Source: Octopus sinensis | Taxonomy: Eukaryota | Direction: 5' to 3' | Assembly: GCF_006345805.1 (NCBI RefSeq) | Contig: NC_043021.1 | Location: 24,800,001-24,864,000 of the forward strand | DNA length: 64,000 nt | Shown: positions 1 through 13,235 of the stretch, in pieces | Layout of the letters: each line of letters starts with the position of its first letter | Numbering within the stretch: the stretch's first letter is position 1 | Notes under the pieces: model-generated | The model's input: only the letters and a program-made list of their open reading frames with translations | Databases searched by the model: none | Told to the model about the DNA's origin: nothing | Translations under genes and position numbers: made by a program

Positions 1-1057
1 AATACAGGAACAACCAATTTAATACCGACACAGACAGGACAAAAATAAACTCCTATAAATAATATATAAGCAAGATGGCCAAGTGAGACCAAGCACTCTA
101 GGTCTTATAAGATTCCCATTTGAACGAAAGTGATTTTAACAAAACGATATCTTTTAGACTGCTTTTTTTTTATCGCTGAAAATGTGACTCAAATTCAAAG
201 AATTAGTCTTCGGTGACGTAATATTTAAAGAAAATACGTACGTAAGTAATCAAACAAATTGTGTGTAGACGCAAATCAGAACATAATGACAAAAACCTAT
301 TACAGCTTATAGGATGTGGAGACATCCAAAAGGGCAAGCTAGTAATAGACATATAATTAATACATTAAACAACGTAGACGTAGAGTGACAAACCTAGAGG
401 CATACACACACACACACACACAACACAATTACAATATTTTGCACACACACACACACACTATATATATATATCGAACCCAAGAGGCAGTCTCCGTCAAAGT
501 CCATCCTGTCCTAGAAACGGGACGGCCACATTGAATAATTTAGCCCTGAATAAATTATGTCCAGAAAAAAAAATCTGGGTGATCACGAGTGGAAAGTCTT
601 TGATTGTATCTGTTCAAACCAAATATGACCCCGGGGCTAAGCAATAAGCAAGCAGCCTCCACGTAGATGCCTCAACATAGATACACGGACTACTAGAAAT
701 GGCAGTCAAATTTCCTCAAATCACACCATACTGTCTTCAAATAAAACGACATAATGAACCAATGTAGTCCGAGATACATGGAAAGACGAAGTGGTCACAT
801 TTGGAAGGCCTTTCATCATGCCTGCTGCAATACGGCTGCCTTGAGTTAAGCAGTATCACACACCCATACATGTCAAATACAATATATACTTTGACATATT
901 ACACAATAAGTAGGATAAATGTAAAATAGACACACATCACACACACGTATATATATATATATGTGTGTGTATATATATATACACATATATATATACACAT
1001 ATATATATACACATATATATATATATACACACACACAACATAAAAAATATAACTGAC

Positions 1058-1302
1058 AATAGTAAGTTTAAGGAGTTTCGGGAAACGCTGTCCTTCGAAG
1101 TCCCATACTTTGGCGGAAAGGGAACCGGATAAGTTTCCCCACCCGATTGCTTCATTTTCTAATATTCTTGGGTTCGATTCTAATATAAATTGAGAAACTC
1201 GACAATGCTTCTGCACACACCTTCCACGCCCCGTTTACTTTCGTAATCTCTTCCTTTTCTGCACGAGGAATGGGACTTCGCAGGATGGCTATCCCAAAAC
1301 TA
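1058..1302 (-). other. Possible exon of an unidentified minus-strand gene continuing left of the window
   Basis: Complex, CpG-containing island between microsatellites. Minus-strand tttttagtag acceptor and gtcagt donor. Possible ATG at 1155 (MKQSGGETYPVPFPPKYG...). No recognisable protein. Confidence 0.3.
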
Positions 1303-1460
1303 CTAAAAATACACCCTACATAACAGAGACGACGATAATAGTAAATCAGATATACATGTGTGTGTGTGTATACATACATATACACCATCAATGACGAACA
1401 GAGAATACATACATCCATAATAGCAAGGCAGTATATACACACACATTTATATATTGTATT

Positions 1461-1494
<34 letters not shown>

Positions 1495-1568
1495 TAGTAA
1501 GAGGAAGGCGAGCAAGATGAAATTTTGAAGTCACTGCCGACTTTTTTTTTTTTTCTTGTAAATATTTT

Positions 1569-1713
1569 GGCAGTCCTTCGGTATTGGTAGACGACGTCAG
1601 TCACCCACACAACCTTTCCTTATGACATAGATAAAGAGGCGAGGCTGAAAAACAGGGGGAATGACGTCGCCTCCTCATACAGACACTCAGTAGACCAGTA
1701 CCGAAGGAATGTC
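1569..1713. mobile_element. ~145-bp MITE, copy 1
   Basis: TIR ggcagtccttcggtattggt / accagtaccgaaggaatgtc. Homologous, in reverse orientation, to 36707-36849. Confidence 0.7.
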
Positions 1714-1746
1714 ATTGTTTCATACATATATATATATATATATAAA

Positions 1747-2038
1747 TAAAATATGAATTAGAGATAAAACCACTATTATGCAACTCAAACTTATTATATT
1801 ATATATTTATCATTCATTTTATCCTTTTTGAGATCTAGTTCTAAGTTATTTATTTTTTAAAAAATCATATATATATTATTTGTTATTTATGTATTGGTTT
1901 GTGTCTGTCATTGTTTGAGTTGCATAATAGTGGTTTTATCTCTAATTCATATTTTATATATTTGTACTGTGAAATTTGATTTAATACTAAATTGGAATTT
2001 TTCCCTGTAAGTTTGGAGTTATACTCCCTAATATTACT

Positions 2039-2040
<2 letters not shown>
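1747..2040. mobile_element. Fold-back AT-rich repeat (Penelope-like architecture); related copy at ~60555-60740
   Basis: taaaatatgaattagagataaaaccactattatgcaactcaaac (1747-1790) is inverted at ~1914-1957, followed by a tail. Embedded in (TA)n. Confidence 0.5.
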
Positions 2041-2111
<71 letters not shown>

Positions 2112-2407
2112 CAAGCCATAACATCAAGACAGAATACGTACACACATTAAACATATACGTATACACACCATCCACAGCAGAAACACAATATGTACATCTG
2201 AAATATATACACACCAAACATCACAGACAGACGACATTATGCTACATAATACATAGAGATCGTAACATACATCGACATAAGATATCACATTTATATCTCG
2301 CATATATATATACACACACTATATAACAGGTACTAATCGCAAGCCATGTATTACGTAGTAATGTAAAATATTACACACGAATATAACATACACATATATA
2401 TATACAC

Positions 2408-2454
<47 letters not shown>

Positions 2455-2856
2455 ATATATATATATCATATACACTGTCACAGACACTAATTGTCTGAAG
2501 CTAGTGGTGTAAAATGTAAGACATACATATAAGATATAACAGACAAATAAGATATATAGGCATAAAATGATATATATATAATAGACATACACACGTAACG
2601 CATATATAACAGGCATAACATATATACATGTATGTATATGGTGTATATGTGTGTACACACGCACCAACTGAGAAGGCGAGCAGCCATATTGGAAAGTTAA
2701 TTGATGTGGAATGAGAGAGGAAAGGTTTTTTGGAGGCGAAATATGGCAAGGACGGTGGACGGAATGGAATATTCTGTAGCAGAGATGTTAGTACGATGGT
2801 CAGTGATGTGGCTTATGTTGTCATTGTTAAAATGGAAGGGATTCTTTTGGACTTAC

Positions 2857-3060
2857 CTTTGGCTATTATTTAGAACTTGTAGTCCCACCAGAGTAATAAT
2901 AATCGTTAAAGGAGAGAGAGTGCGCAGAGGAGGAGGAGAGAAAGAGAGAAACAGACAAACAGGGACAGGGTGAAAGAGGAGGCGAATAGAGAGATATAGA
3001 CGTGAAAACAGAGTGACGCGGAGACGGAAAGAGAAAGGCTAAGCTTTCCGTTAGAGGCAA
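2857..3060 (-). other. Possible 5' non-coding exon of the same minus-strand gene
   Basis: Perfect AAG|GTAAGT donor on the minus strand at 2857/2856, downstream of a CT-rich leader. Upstream boundary unknown. Confidence 0.3.
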
Positions 3061-3513
3061 CAAAATTCCCTCCCCCTGTTCTTCTAATCATATTAAGCTA
3101 CTGTTCAATGTTCAACTCCTCCCACTGCTACTCCTACTGTTGCTGCTGCTGACTGTTGCTGCTGTTCCCACTCACTGTTGCAGCTGCTGACTGTTGCTGC
3201 TGTCACTTCCCTGCTTCTTTCATTCGCCATCATTCGCCTGTTCATCATCTCCATCTTTTATTCGTTCGCAGTTCCTCTTCTCTCATTCTTTCCTTCTGCA
3301 TTTCTTTTATCCTTTTCCTGATTTCAGTCATTCGACTGCGTATTTACACACAATACTTACTACACACATACAAACAGACAGACACACACACATAAAGGGA
3401 TGTCTCTATACACACACGTTTACAAATATGGGTGGATGTTTTAGATATGAATATTGTATTTGGGTGGGTGTCAGTGTATGTGTATTATGTATATACATGT
3501 GTGTATATATATA

Positions 3514-3544
<31 letters not shown>

Positions 3545-3737
3545 CATACATAATACATATATTATATATACATACATACATACATATATAATACATACCA
3601 TACATACATATATATACATACATACATATATATACATACATACATATATATACATACATACATATATAGATGTGTATATATATGTATGTATATATGTATA
3701 TATATATATACATATATATATAAATACATATATATAC

Positions 3738-3990
3738 ATTTAACATTGTCCCGAAAGAGATCAAAGAGGAAAAGGATCCCATCAACTTTAAACAGAGTCT
3801 GGATAGATTCCTTCAAGGAATACCAGATAAGCCACCCATAATTGGATACAACTCACCCAACAACAAAAACTCTACTTGAATGGACCATAAACAAAACTTG
3901 ACTTAAACAGGATTTAGATAATCCTATCAGGTGGTGCTATTAAGTTAGACATGGCCTGGACCAATCTTTGTCGAAACAAATCTAAGTGCT
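3738..3990 (+). mobile_element. LINE (CR1/L2-group) extreme 3' end
   Basis: FNIVPKEIK...[16 protein letters not shown]...NSLLEW C-terminal signature. Confidence 0.55.
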
Positions 3991-4063
3991 TATTTTAATT
4001 TATATATATATATATAATATTATATTATATATTAATCATCATCAATCATATATATATATATAC

Positions 4064-4556
4064 AACATTATTGGTGAATTGAAGAAATGGAGCTGAACGC
4101 AGATTGAACAGAAATCGTTTATTTCATTTCATTCTACAACGTTACTAGTTTTTCGAAAGGCACAAATTACCAAAATCGATGAATAATGGGACCATATTGT
4201 GTCTTGTTCTTCTCTCTTCAGGAAGAAAAAGGAAATCCGTTAGAGAAACAACGGATTTCCTTTTTTCTTCCTGAAGAGAAAGACACAATATGGTCCCATT
4301 ATTCATCGGATTTTGGTATTTGTGCCTTTCGAAACACGTGTGAATGAAATAAAACGATTTCTGTTCAATCTGCGTTCAGCTCCATTTCTTCAATTCACCA
4401 ATAATGTTTTAATTTCAATTATCCGCACCAACGCACGGGTTGCAACGCCAGATGGTGTACCTCCAACCGTGCGTTTACTGCTGTGATTTTTGCTACTAAG
4501 GTATCGGTTAACTTTTGATTAATCTACAACAAGATTATTCATCTTTCTATTTCACA
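4064..4556. mobile_element. Penelope-like pseudo-LTR remnant arranged as a fold-back
   Basis: Inverted arms 4064-4241 and 4250-4408 with an 8-nt spacer, plus a ~150 bp tail. Contains a hammerhead motif, sits in (TA)n, and is homologous to 19638-20326. Confidence 0.65.
4262..4352 (+). ncRNA. Second copy of the hammerhead motif (cleavage-site nucleotide missing)
   Basis: CUGAAGA at 4271-4277, the same stem II, and GAAACACGUGU-GAAUGAAAU, which lacks the A of the GUA triplet. Confidence 0.6.
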
Positions 4557-5874
4557 TAATATATATATATATATATATGTGCGGGTGGCACGTAAAAAGC
4601 ACCCACTACACTCACGGAGTGGTTGGCATTAGGAAGGGCATCCAGCCGTAGAAACACTGCCAGATCAGACTGGCGCCTGGGGCAGCCTTCTGGCTTCTCA
4701 GACCCCTGTTGAACCGTCCAACCCATGCTAGCATGGAAAGCGGACGCTAAACGACGATGATGATGATGATAGATATACATGAGTAGAAATAAGGTACTCA
4801 GAAATCTGGATGGTTGTACATTTACAGATTTTTATTAATATGTCACGTGTTTTCATAAATCATATATTAACACCTGCAACCACTCTATTCACACATGCAT
4901 TGCATGTCATCATTGTACCTGCGATCGTTACATCATCATCATGGACGCTTCGACCGGGGATCTGGGAAGCCAGAAGGCTGCCCCAGGCTCCAGTCTTATC
5001 TGGCAATGTTTCTACAGCTGGATGCCCTTCCTAACGCCAACCACTCCATGAGTGTAGTGGGTGCTTTTTATGTGCCACCTGCACTGGAGCCAGGCGAGGC
5101 TGGCATCGGCCACGGTCGGATTGGTGCATTTTACGTGCCACCTGCACGGAAGCCAGTTGAGGCGGCACTGGCTTCGGCCACGATTCGGGTATATATATAT
5201 ATATATACACACACACATTATACACACATACATCAAAGTATGCAGTATTATGACTCAATTCCAGTTGATCTTACCATTCAGTTTCACAACAGATATTAGG
5301 CAAGAGGATGGTTATCTAATAGATGCGCTCTTTTGGGATGCTATTTTTTTCCATACATGCCATCTCTGAAGAGCATGTGTAGTAGACACTTTCCCGTTAT
5401 CTAATATCCAGTGCAAAATCAATTGTCATAATCAGGTGTAATGGATCTATATCACATTAAACTTTGATTCATATCTTCACCTTACTGACGAATATGAGTG
5501 CCTTTTTGTTGCCATTTTTTTTTCTATACATGTCTCATGAGCACAGTTATTAAATAATTATCCAATAACCTAATATCTGGTGCAAAAGTAATTGATAAGA
5601 TTGGCTTACCAGGATCTATAATCACAAGAGCTTTGATTAATATGTTCAAATATATATATATATAGAGAGAGAGAGAGGGGGGAGAGAGAGAGACGCTGGG
5701 ACTCACAGAGGGGATAACAGGGACCAAAACTCCTGGTGGTTTGCATTGCTTGGAAAGACATGCCAAGTTAAGTAAAATTGAGGTTGCCCTTGCATACAGA
5801 CATGTTCCCTGCATCCCTAATCTTGCAGGCTCATAGGGGCTGTTCTGTGTAAAAGCACCCAGCAGACACCCAGT

Positions 5875-6261
5875 GGGATGGAAGCACTCCGTCGGTTACG
5901 ACGACGAGGGTTCCGGTTGATCCGATCAACGGAACAGCCTGCTCGTGAAATTAACGTGTAAGTGGCTGAGCACTCCACAGACACATGTACCCTTAACGTA
6001 GTTCTCGGGGATATTCAGCGTGACACAGAGAGTGACAAGGCCGGCCCTTTGAAATACAGGTACAACAGAAAGAGGAAGTAAGAGTGAGAGAAAGTTGTGG
6101 TGAAAGAGTACAGCAGGGATCACCACCATCCCTGCCGGAGCCTCGTGGAGCTTTTAGGTGTTTTCGCTCAATAAACACTCACAACGCCCGGTCTGGGAAT
6201 CGAAACCGCGATCCTACGACCGCGAGTCCGCTGCCCTAACTACTGGGCCATTGCGCCTCCA
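5875..6261 (-). mobile_element. tRNA-derived SINE family C with 12-bp TSD
   Basis: Head tggaggcgcaatggcccagt.gttagggc...ggtttcgattccc. TSD cagacacccagt at 5863-5874 and 6262-6273. Confidence 0.9.
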
Positions 6262-6684
6262 CAGACACCCAGTAAAGTGGTTGGTGTTAGGAAGGGCATC
6301 CAGCCACAGAAACCATGCCAAAACAGACAATAGGAACTTGAACAGCCCTTCAGCTGGTCAGCTCTTGTGGTAAGAAGCATGTCTCCCAACCACATGGTTC
6401 TGAGTTCAGTCCCACTGCATTGCACCTTGGGCAAATGTCTTCTATTATAGCCTTGAGCCAACTGATGCCTTGTGAGTGAATTTGGTAGGCAGAAAATGAA
6501 AGAAGCCTATTGTGTGTGTGTGTGTCCCACCACCACTTGACAACCGATGTTGGTGTGTTTAAATCCCATAACTTAGTGGTTTGGCCAAAGAGACCCACGG
6601 AATAAGTACTAGGCTTAAAAGATAAGTCCTGGGGTCAATTTGTTCAGCTAAAACCCCTTCAAGGTGATGCAAATTCATGCACTG

Positions 6685-7445
6685 TTTATCTTGATATGAA
6701 ATCACCATGTTACGCACAAATGGTTGTGATGCATGTGCCTGGTGTACCTTTATTTGATGGGTAGTCATGGTGGGAATATTGGGCTTCATATATTTGTTCC
6801 TCAGTGTCACTTTAATGGCATGCATTGCTCTCTCACTCAATGATAATAATAATAGTAATAATAACAATAATAATGCCCTGATGCAGTACCAGGTAGTGGC
6901 TCTCATGGCTTCTGATCTTAACTGATTGGAAGTGTTATCATGTACATTGTTTTGTCTTGGTATAAAAGATGGGCTACAGCAAATATTCTGCTCAATACCA
7001 CAGATTTGCTTGTCAGTTGTTTGACCTTAACCAGTTGACCATGTCCCTTAGTGGCTGACGATATGTGCATCTCTGATCACGAGCAGAAGTAGTGGGGGAG
7101 CATCATAGCCATGTGTTGAGAGGGATTCTTTGGGGTTTGAATAATTCACCTTTGGAAACATGTGTTTCATTCATCATCCTAAAGCAACCCTTATTCAGGG
7201 ACCTTTTGAGCGGGATGGGCTACTCGACCTGAAGAAAATTCTAACTGGGCTCCACCTGCAAGGTCATGTGCAGTTTATCTTGATATGAGATCACCATGTC
7301 ACGCACATATGGTTGTGATGCATGTGCCTGGTGTACCCTTATCAGACGGGTAGTCATGATGGGTATGCTGGGCTTCGTATATTTTACCCCAGTGTCACTT
7401 TGATGGCATGCACTGCTCTCTCACTCAATAATAATAATAATAATC
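6685..7445 (-). mobile_element. Two tandem 3' ends of a non-LTR element with (TTA)n tails
   Basis: 6685-6845 duplicates 7274-7430. Each copy ends ctctctcactcaa(taa)n on the + strand. Confidence 0.55.
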
Positions 7446-7781
7446 TTTTCTACTAAAGGCAAAGACCTGAAATTTGCAGGAAGGGTCTAGTTGAATATAT
7501 GGAATGAAAGGCAAAGTCAACCTTGGTGGAATTTGAACTCAGAACATAAAGATGAACGATATGCCACAAAGTGTTTTACTGGGCATGTCAATGATTCTGT
7601 TGGTGGATTTCCCCAGTCACATTGAATACCATATGCAGAGAGATGGAGGGAGAGTAAAAGAGTGATACAAGAGATGCAGATGAGTATACATACTAGGCTT
7701 GGTGGCAAGTAAATGAGTCAGAGGATGCTACATGTGTAGCAGTGAGAAAGGGTCATACAAAGAGTGGAAAAGGAGGAAGGA

Positions 7782-7955
7782 GTAGCCACTACACACATTT
7801 TTTTATCTCTCCTTGTTTTTTCTGTGTTCCTTTCTGTAGAAGAGCGTAGGCTCGAAACGTAAAAGACTTTTTCTATTCCTGAGCGTTATACTAATACATC
7901 TGTTTGTTTTGTACACCACCTGTCTTCGTCTTTTGTTTTTTTCGTAAACTCTCCT
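7782..7955 (+). mobile_element. Short interspersed repeat with degenerate hammerhead-like motif; near-identical copy at 61924-62097
   Basis: The two copies align over ~170 bp. Both contain AGAAGAGC-nuag-GCUCGAAACGUAAAAG and end in (TA)n. Confidence 0.55.
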
Positions 7956-9129
7956 TATATATATATATACACACATGCATATATTTATATTGAGAGAAAG
8001 AGAGAAAAAGGTGAGTGTGTGTGTGTTTATGAAAACTTCCATATAAAATCAACATGAAACATAATTTTTTCACTTTTGTTTTATTTTTTCAATATTGTTT
8101 TCTTTAATTTTATTTTAACAAAATTAATATTTTTCCTTTGAAAATTAGTGTCCATTTCATTTTGTAAGATTAGAACCGTAGATGGTCAAGCTGCTGCTGC
8201 TGCTGCTAGGGGCCAACTTGTAATCAGTGTGGAATGACTTGCAGGCCTTAGAAGACATATGAGATGTCATCAATGTTGAGGGGACGAAATGTGAGGAGTT
8301 TCTTAGAGTGAAATGGGTTTAGGAAGTAGTCTTACTTGGTCACTGGCACTGGTGGGGGTCACCAAAGACAAATATCCTTTGAGATGGTGGGGCATTGGAG
8401 GAGGTGGCCGTGTACCAGGTGATGAGAGTTAGAGTGTGACAGAGGGATAGAAACAGGTGTGTCACTGTAGAGGAGATATATGGTTACCCAGCCAGAGGGA
8501 GAGAGAGCAAGAGAAAGGGAGAGAGCAAAAAGGGTGAGAGTGCAAGAGAGAGTGGGAGAGAGATGGCAGGGAAGTGCCAGGTCATATCTTCAAGGTACAG
8601 GGATCAGAATATAAACAGGATGGTAGAGTAGAGCAAGAAAGGGATAGATGCCAGGGCTTGCCCTCCAGGTATGGGGTGACAGAATATTGGCCAGGCTGCA
8701 TGAGTAGGAAGTAAGGACTTCACATGAATGCAGAAAGGGGAGGGGAATGCAGTCACTAGGGAAATGTGGGTATTTAGAGGCGGGGAGGAACAACAGGATG
8801 GCAATGATAGAGTAAGGGGCAGAGTCGACAGGATTGGGGAGCGAGAGATAAGTATAAGCATAGCACATGAAGAAGCAGAAATGTGAGGAAGAGAAGAGGA
8901 GATGTAAGTTGGTTTGTTAGTGTAGGATGTGTGAAATAAATGCATATGTATACACACACACACACAGGTGCAGAGAATAAACTGTCGTCTAAATTATGCA
9001 AAAATGAGAATAACACTGACATCTCATTTTAACAGATATACTTACCAAAATTACATGAAAATATCATGAAATACTAAAGAGTAAAATTATTCAATAAAAT
9101 CGCCATTGGCCTCAACTACAGCCTCCAGA

Positions 9130-9575
9130 CGACTTTCTTGATGGTCTCCTTGTTTAAGTTGGTAAATGCTGCCGTAATCCTTGCCTTCAGTTCATCTTTG
9201 GTGTTACAAGGAGTTTTGTTGGTCTCTCACTCAACTGCACCCCACACATAATAATGAAGGGGTTTGCAGTTTTTGGGAATTAGGTGGCCAGATGCTAGGG
9301 GTGATGTGGTTTCAGAAATTATCTGACAGCCATGACTGGGTTCTCCTGTTTGTGTAGTGTAGTGCAGAGTCCTGTTGCCAGATATCGGGTCTTCCAGCAG
9401 CCACCCTCTTGACCCAGAGCAGCACTACCTCCCCCAGCTACTTGATGTAGGCCTCCATGTTTAGTCTGAGACTGTGTGGGAAGATGAATGGAGGCATAAT
9501 GTTGCCATCACTAGTAATCACTTCAAGCACCATGATGTTGACTGGATGTTTGATTTTTATCACTCTCGGTACATG
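9130..9575 (-). pseudogene. Tc1/mariner-superfamily transposase relic (DDxD C-terminal half)
   Basis: Minus-strand translation with stops and frameshifts: KHPVNIMV..VITSDG.IMPPFIF...WQQDSA.H...TQSWL...WPPNS...TKDELKARITAAF. Confidence 0.8.
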
Positions 9576-9870
9576 TCCTCAGATTGACACCCAAACACTT
9601 TGAAATGATCATATTGGAGCTTCAAGCACAAATGCCAAGCAGTACAGCATATCATCTCCAAATTTCTGGCTAGAGTGAATTGCATCATGGTGCTGTTCTT
9701 ACAGACGGTGCCCAACTGACCCTACTACACTATGTAGTCAACAAAATTTTAAAAAAAAACAATGTGCATGCATGAAATTAAAAATATAAAATAGCAACAA
9801 TTTACCCATTGCACCCTCTGTGTGTGTGTGTGTGTGTGTGTACATATACATACATACATACATACATACA

Positions 9871-9902
<32 letters not shown>

Positions 9903-10112
9903 GTTATGGGATTTAAACACACCATATATATAACATTTTCTGTCTGACAATTCCTCTAATCAGAAATTCCTTACATGTCTAACAAGGAAATCTTTGTTAT
10001 TCCTATTAGCAAATGAAATACATGTAATGGAGAATAAATGATACCAAAATATTTCCATCATTTTCTTGTTTTGTTTTGTATAAATATGTAAATGTGCATA
10101 TGTCTGAGTATT

Positions 10113-10150
<38 letters not shown>

Positions 10151-11228
10151 GCTGTATCCTTGTGTTGACACTGTGTGATAGTCATGCAAGCAGTGTCCTC
10201 CATTTGCAATCTTCTTTGAAGAAATGTCTGACTATGGAGAAATATTATCATTCTTGGAAACAGGCAAAGCTGGTGACAGGAAGAGCATCCACTTGCAGAA
10301 GATCTGCTTCAACCAACTCCATCCAACCCAATACAAGCTTTGAAAAGAGGGCATTAAATGACAACAGTGACATACTAAGAGCCATGTTGAACCATTCCAA
10401 CTGATGAAGGTTGTACCATGTGAAATCCTGTTTCTCTAAACAGAAAGCATGATTAGACATTCCTGGGACATGCTTTCTCCAGTCAGTTATGTCTGTTGAT
10501 TTCTATATTATCTTTCCTGCTCGGAGAAAGAGGATTTCCCATGAAACCATCCTGTTACTTTTTGAGGTCAAATATAGTTTTCAACTCTTTAATATTTTCG
10601 CTGTTTTATGATTAAAATGATTTTATGATCCAGCCTTTCACACTTGCCCTGCAATGTCATTCTAAAAGTAAACAATCACATTGTCAAAAAACCAAAGTTA
10701 CAAGATGATAAATATGAAAATAAGGTGAATTAATAAGAATTACATTTGAGAGATTAATCTTAAAATGTTGCATTCGAATTATATCCGCTCCGCCTCTTTG
10801 TATTCGTCTGATTAAGGGTAGCTTTTCTTCTGAGTTTTGGACCCTCTTCAGACACGCATGGCTGTGCAAGTTAAGGAGCCCATTTTGCACTGATGATGGT
10901 TCTAAGGTCAGTCCCACAGGGACGCAACACATTGGCCAAATCTACCATAGCCCAAGACTGACCAATGTCTTGTGGATGAATTTGGGAGAAAGAAACTGTG
11001 TAGAAGCCCATCATATGTGAGTGTGTCTTTGTGCTTGTGCCCTAACCACTGCTGGACAACCAGTGTTGGTTTGTTGACATCTCTGTAAGTTTGCAGTTTG
11101 GGAAAAGGGACCAATAGAATACCAAACATAAAAAAATGAATACTGGGGCCAATTTGTACATTGAGCTATGGCCCCAGCATGGCCGCAGTCTAATGAGTGA
11201 AAGAAGTCAAAGACGAAAGGTATAATTA

Positions 11229-11278
11229 TCAGACAGACAGACAGATAGATAGGTAGGTAGGTAGGTAGGTAGGTAGAC

Positions 11279-11351
<73 letters not shown>

Positions 11352-11415
11352 TACAGATAGATATACAGATAGATAGATAGATAGATAGTTATACAGATAG
11401 ATAGATAGATAGATA
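11229..11415. repeat. Compound (GACA)/(GGTA)/(GATA)n microsatellite
   Basis: Directly visible tetranucleotide arrays. Confidence 0.95.
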
Positions 11416-12295
11416 TGTTTCTTTATTAGCCACACAGGGCTGCACACAGACCGGACAAAATTACAAGGTAGAGCTTTTCTTTTGGGGGTAAAAGAAGGGG
11501 GTTTGGTTTTCGATCAAAAGGGATCGTAAATGGAAAGAAAGAGGACAAGGGGGGGGGGAAAATAAAATTAAAAAAAAAAAAGATAGATAGAGAGGGAGAG
11601 AGAGATGTAGGTAGGTAGGGATAGATGTATTTTATATACAAATGTATTTATATGTAAACAGACTCAAACATACATATATACATAGATACATACATACACA
11701 CATACATATATACACACATACATATATACACATACACACGTACATTCATACATACACACATACATACATACATGCATACATACAGGCAGACATACATGCA
11801 TACATATACACATACCTAGACATTCATACACACACACACGTACGTACGTATGTATATACGTGAGTATGACCATGTAATAAACGTATGTATGTAGCTGGAA
11901 GACAACATCATTCAAACGCAATAATGGATTTCATTTTCGTCTCCGATGACGGAGGCGTCCCTCGTCCCTCTTTGTGCTACTCCGAGTTCCTCGTTTCCGT
12001 TCCGAATGTTTTCTTTATAGAAAACAACTATCGATTTCTGACACTGTATCTATTTATCGATTTCTCCGTCTGTCTATTTGTTTTATCTCTGTCTATCTAG
12101 CTACCTCAACCCACTACATTGTATCAGCGTAAGAGTCTCCATATGAGCCTTCCATTTACTAGAAATATCAACCAAATCACCGATGGCCTTCTTTATCATG
12201 CACTCCTTCCACCACTAACTTTTTTTTTTCTTTGTAATTATATATTTCAGCTTCGAATTTTTATGCTTTGAACATCATTTATTCAAAATTTGCGA

Positions 12296-12322
12296 TAATA
12301 ATAATAATAATAATAATAATAA

Positions 12323-12365
<43 letters not shown>

Positions 12366-12442
12366 GTGATGGTGATGGTGATGATGATGATGATGATGAT
12401 GATGACGATGACGGTGATGAGGATGATGATGATGATGATGAT
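12296..12442. repeat. Compound (TAA)n/(TGA)n microsatellite
   Basis: Directly visible trinucleotide arrays. Confidence 0.95.
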
Positions 12443-12779
12443 GGCATTAGATAATTATATTCATCTGTACGTGTGAGCGTTTCGTTGAATGGATTTCGTT
12501 TTTTGTATGAAGCCCAAATCTCTCTTTCTCTCTTGACATTTCATCATGTGGTGTAGAACTGACAAACGATAAACTCCCAGATCGGGGTTATTTATTAATC
12601 GTTTAGTGTTGTTGAAGATTTTACGAGAACCTGCTAAATCTCCTCCAAATTATATTCTGCTGTCTTAGAATTTAAAAAAACGGAAGAAAAAAAACGGATA
12701 TTGGATGATGTAGTCCGCTGCCAATGTGTGTATATATAAAGATTGAAAAAACAAAAACAGACATGGAATGAGATTGTCA

Positions 12780-12892
12780 TTTGCCTTTCATCCTTTCGGG
12801 GTCGATCAAATAAATACCAGTTGAGCCCCGGAGTAGACGTAGTCAACTGACCCCGCCCACGAAATTACTGGCCTTATGCCAAAATTTGAAAC

Positions 12893-12955
<63 letters not shown>

Positions 12956-13198
12956 CGTCATCATCATCATCATTATTAAAGCGGCGAGCTGGTAGAATCG
13001 TTAACACGCCGTGCGAAATGCTAAGCAGTATTTCGTCTGTCTTTACGTTCTGAGTTCAAATTCCGCCGAGGTCAACTTTGCCTTTCATCCTTTCGACATC
13101 GATAAGTTAAGTACCAGTTGCGTACTGGAGTCGATCTAATCGACTGGCCCCCTCCCAAAAAATTTCGAGCCTTGTGCCTAGAGTAGAAAAGATTATTA

Positions 13199-13235
<37 letters not shown>

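Noticed and set aside
6185-6260. tRNA gene
   Set aside because: The A/B boxes belong to a SINE head. The acceptor stem does not close and the sequence continues into a repeated body with a TSD.
11895-12015. CpG-rich island as a coding exon
   Set aside because: No convincing acceptor/donor pair or recognisable peptide in any frame. It could be regulatory, but this is unsupported.
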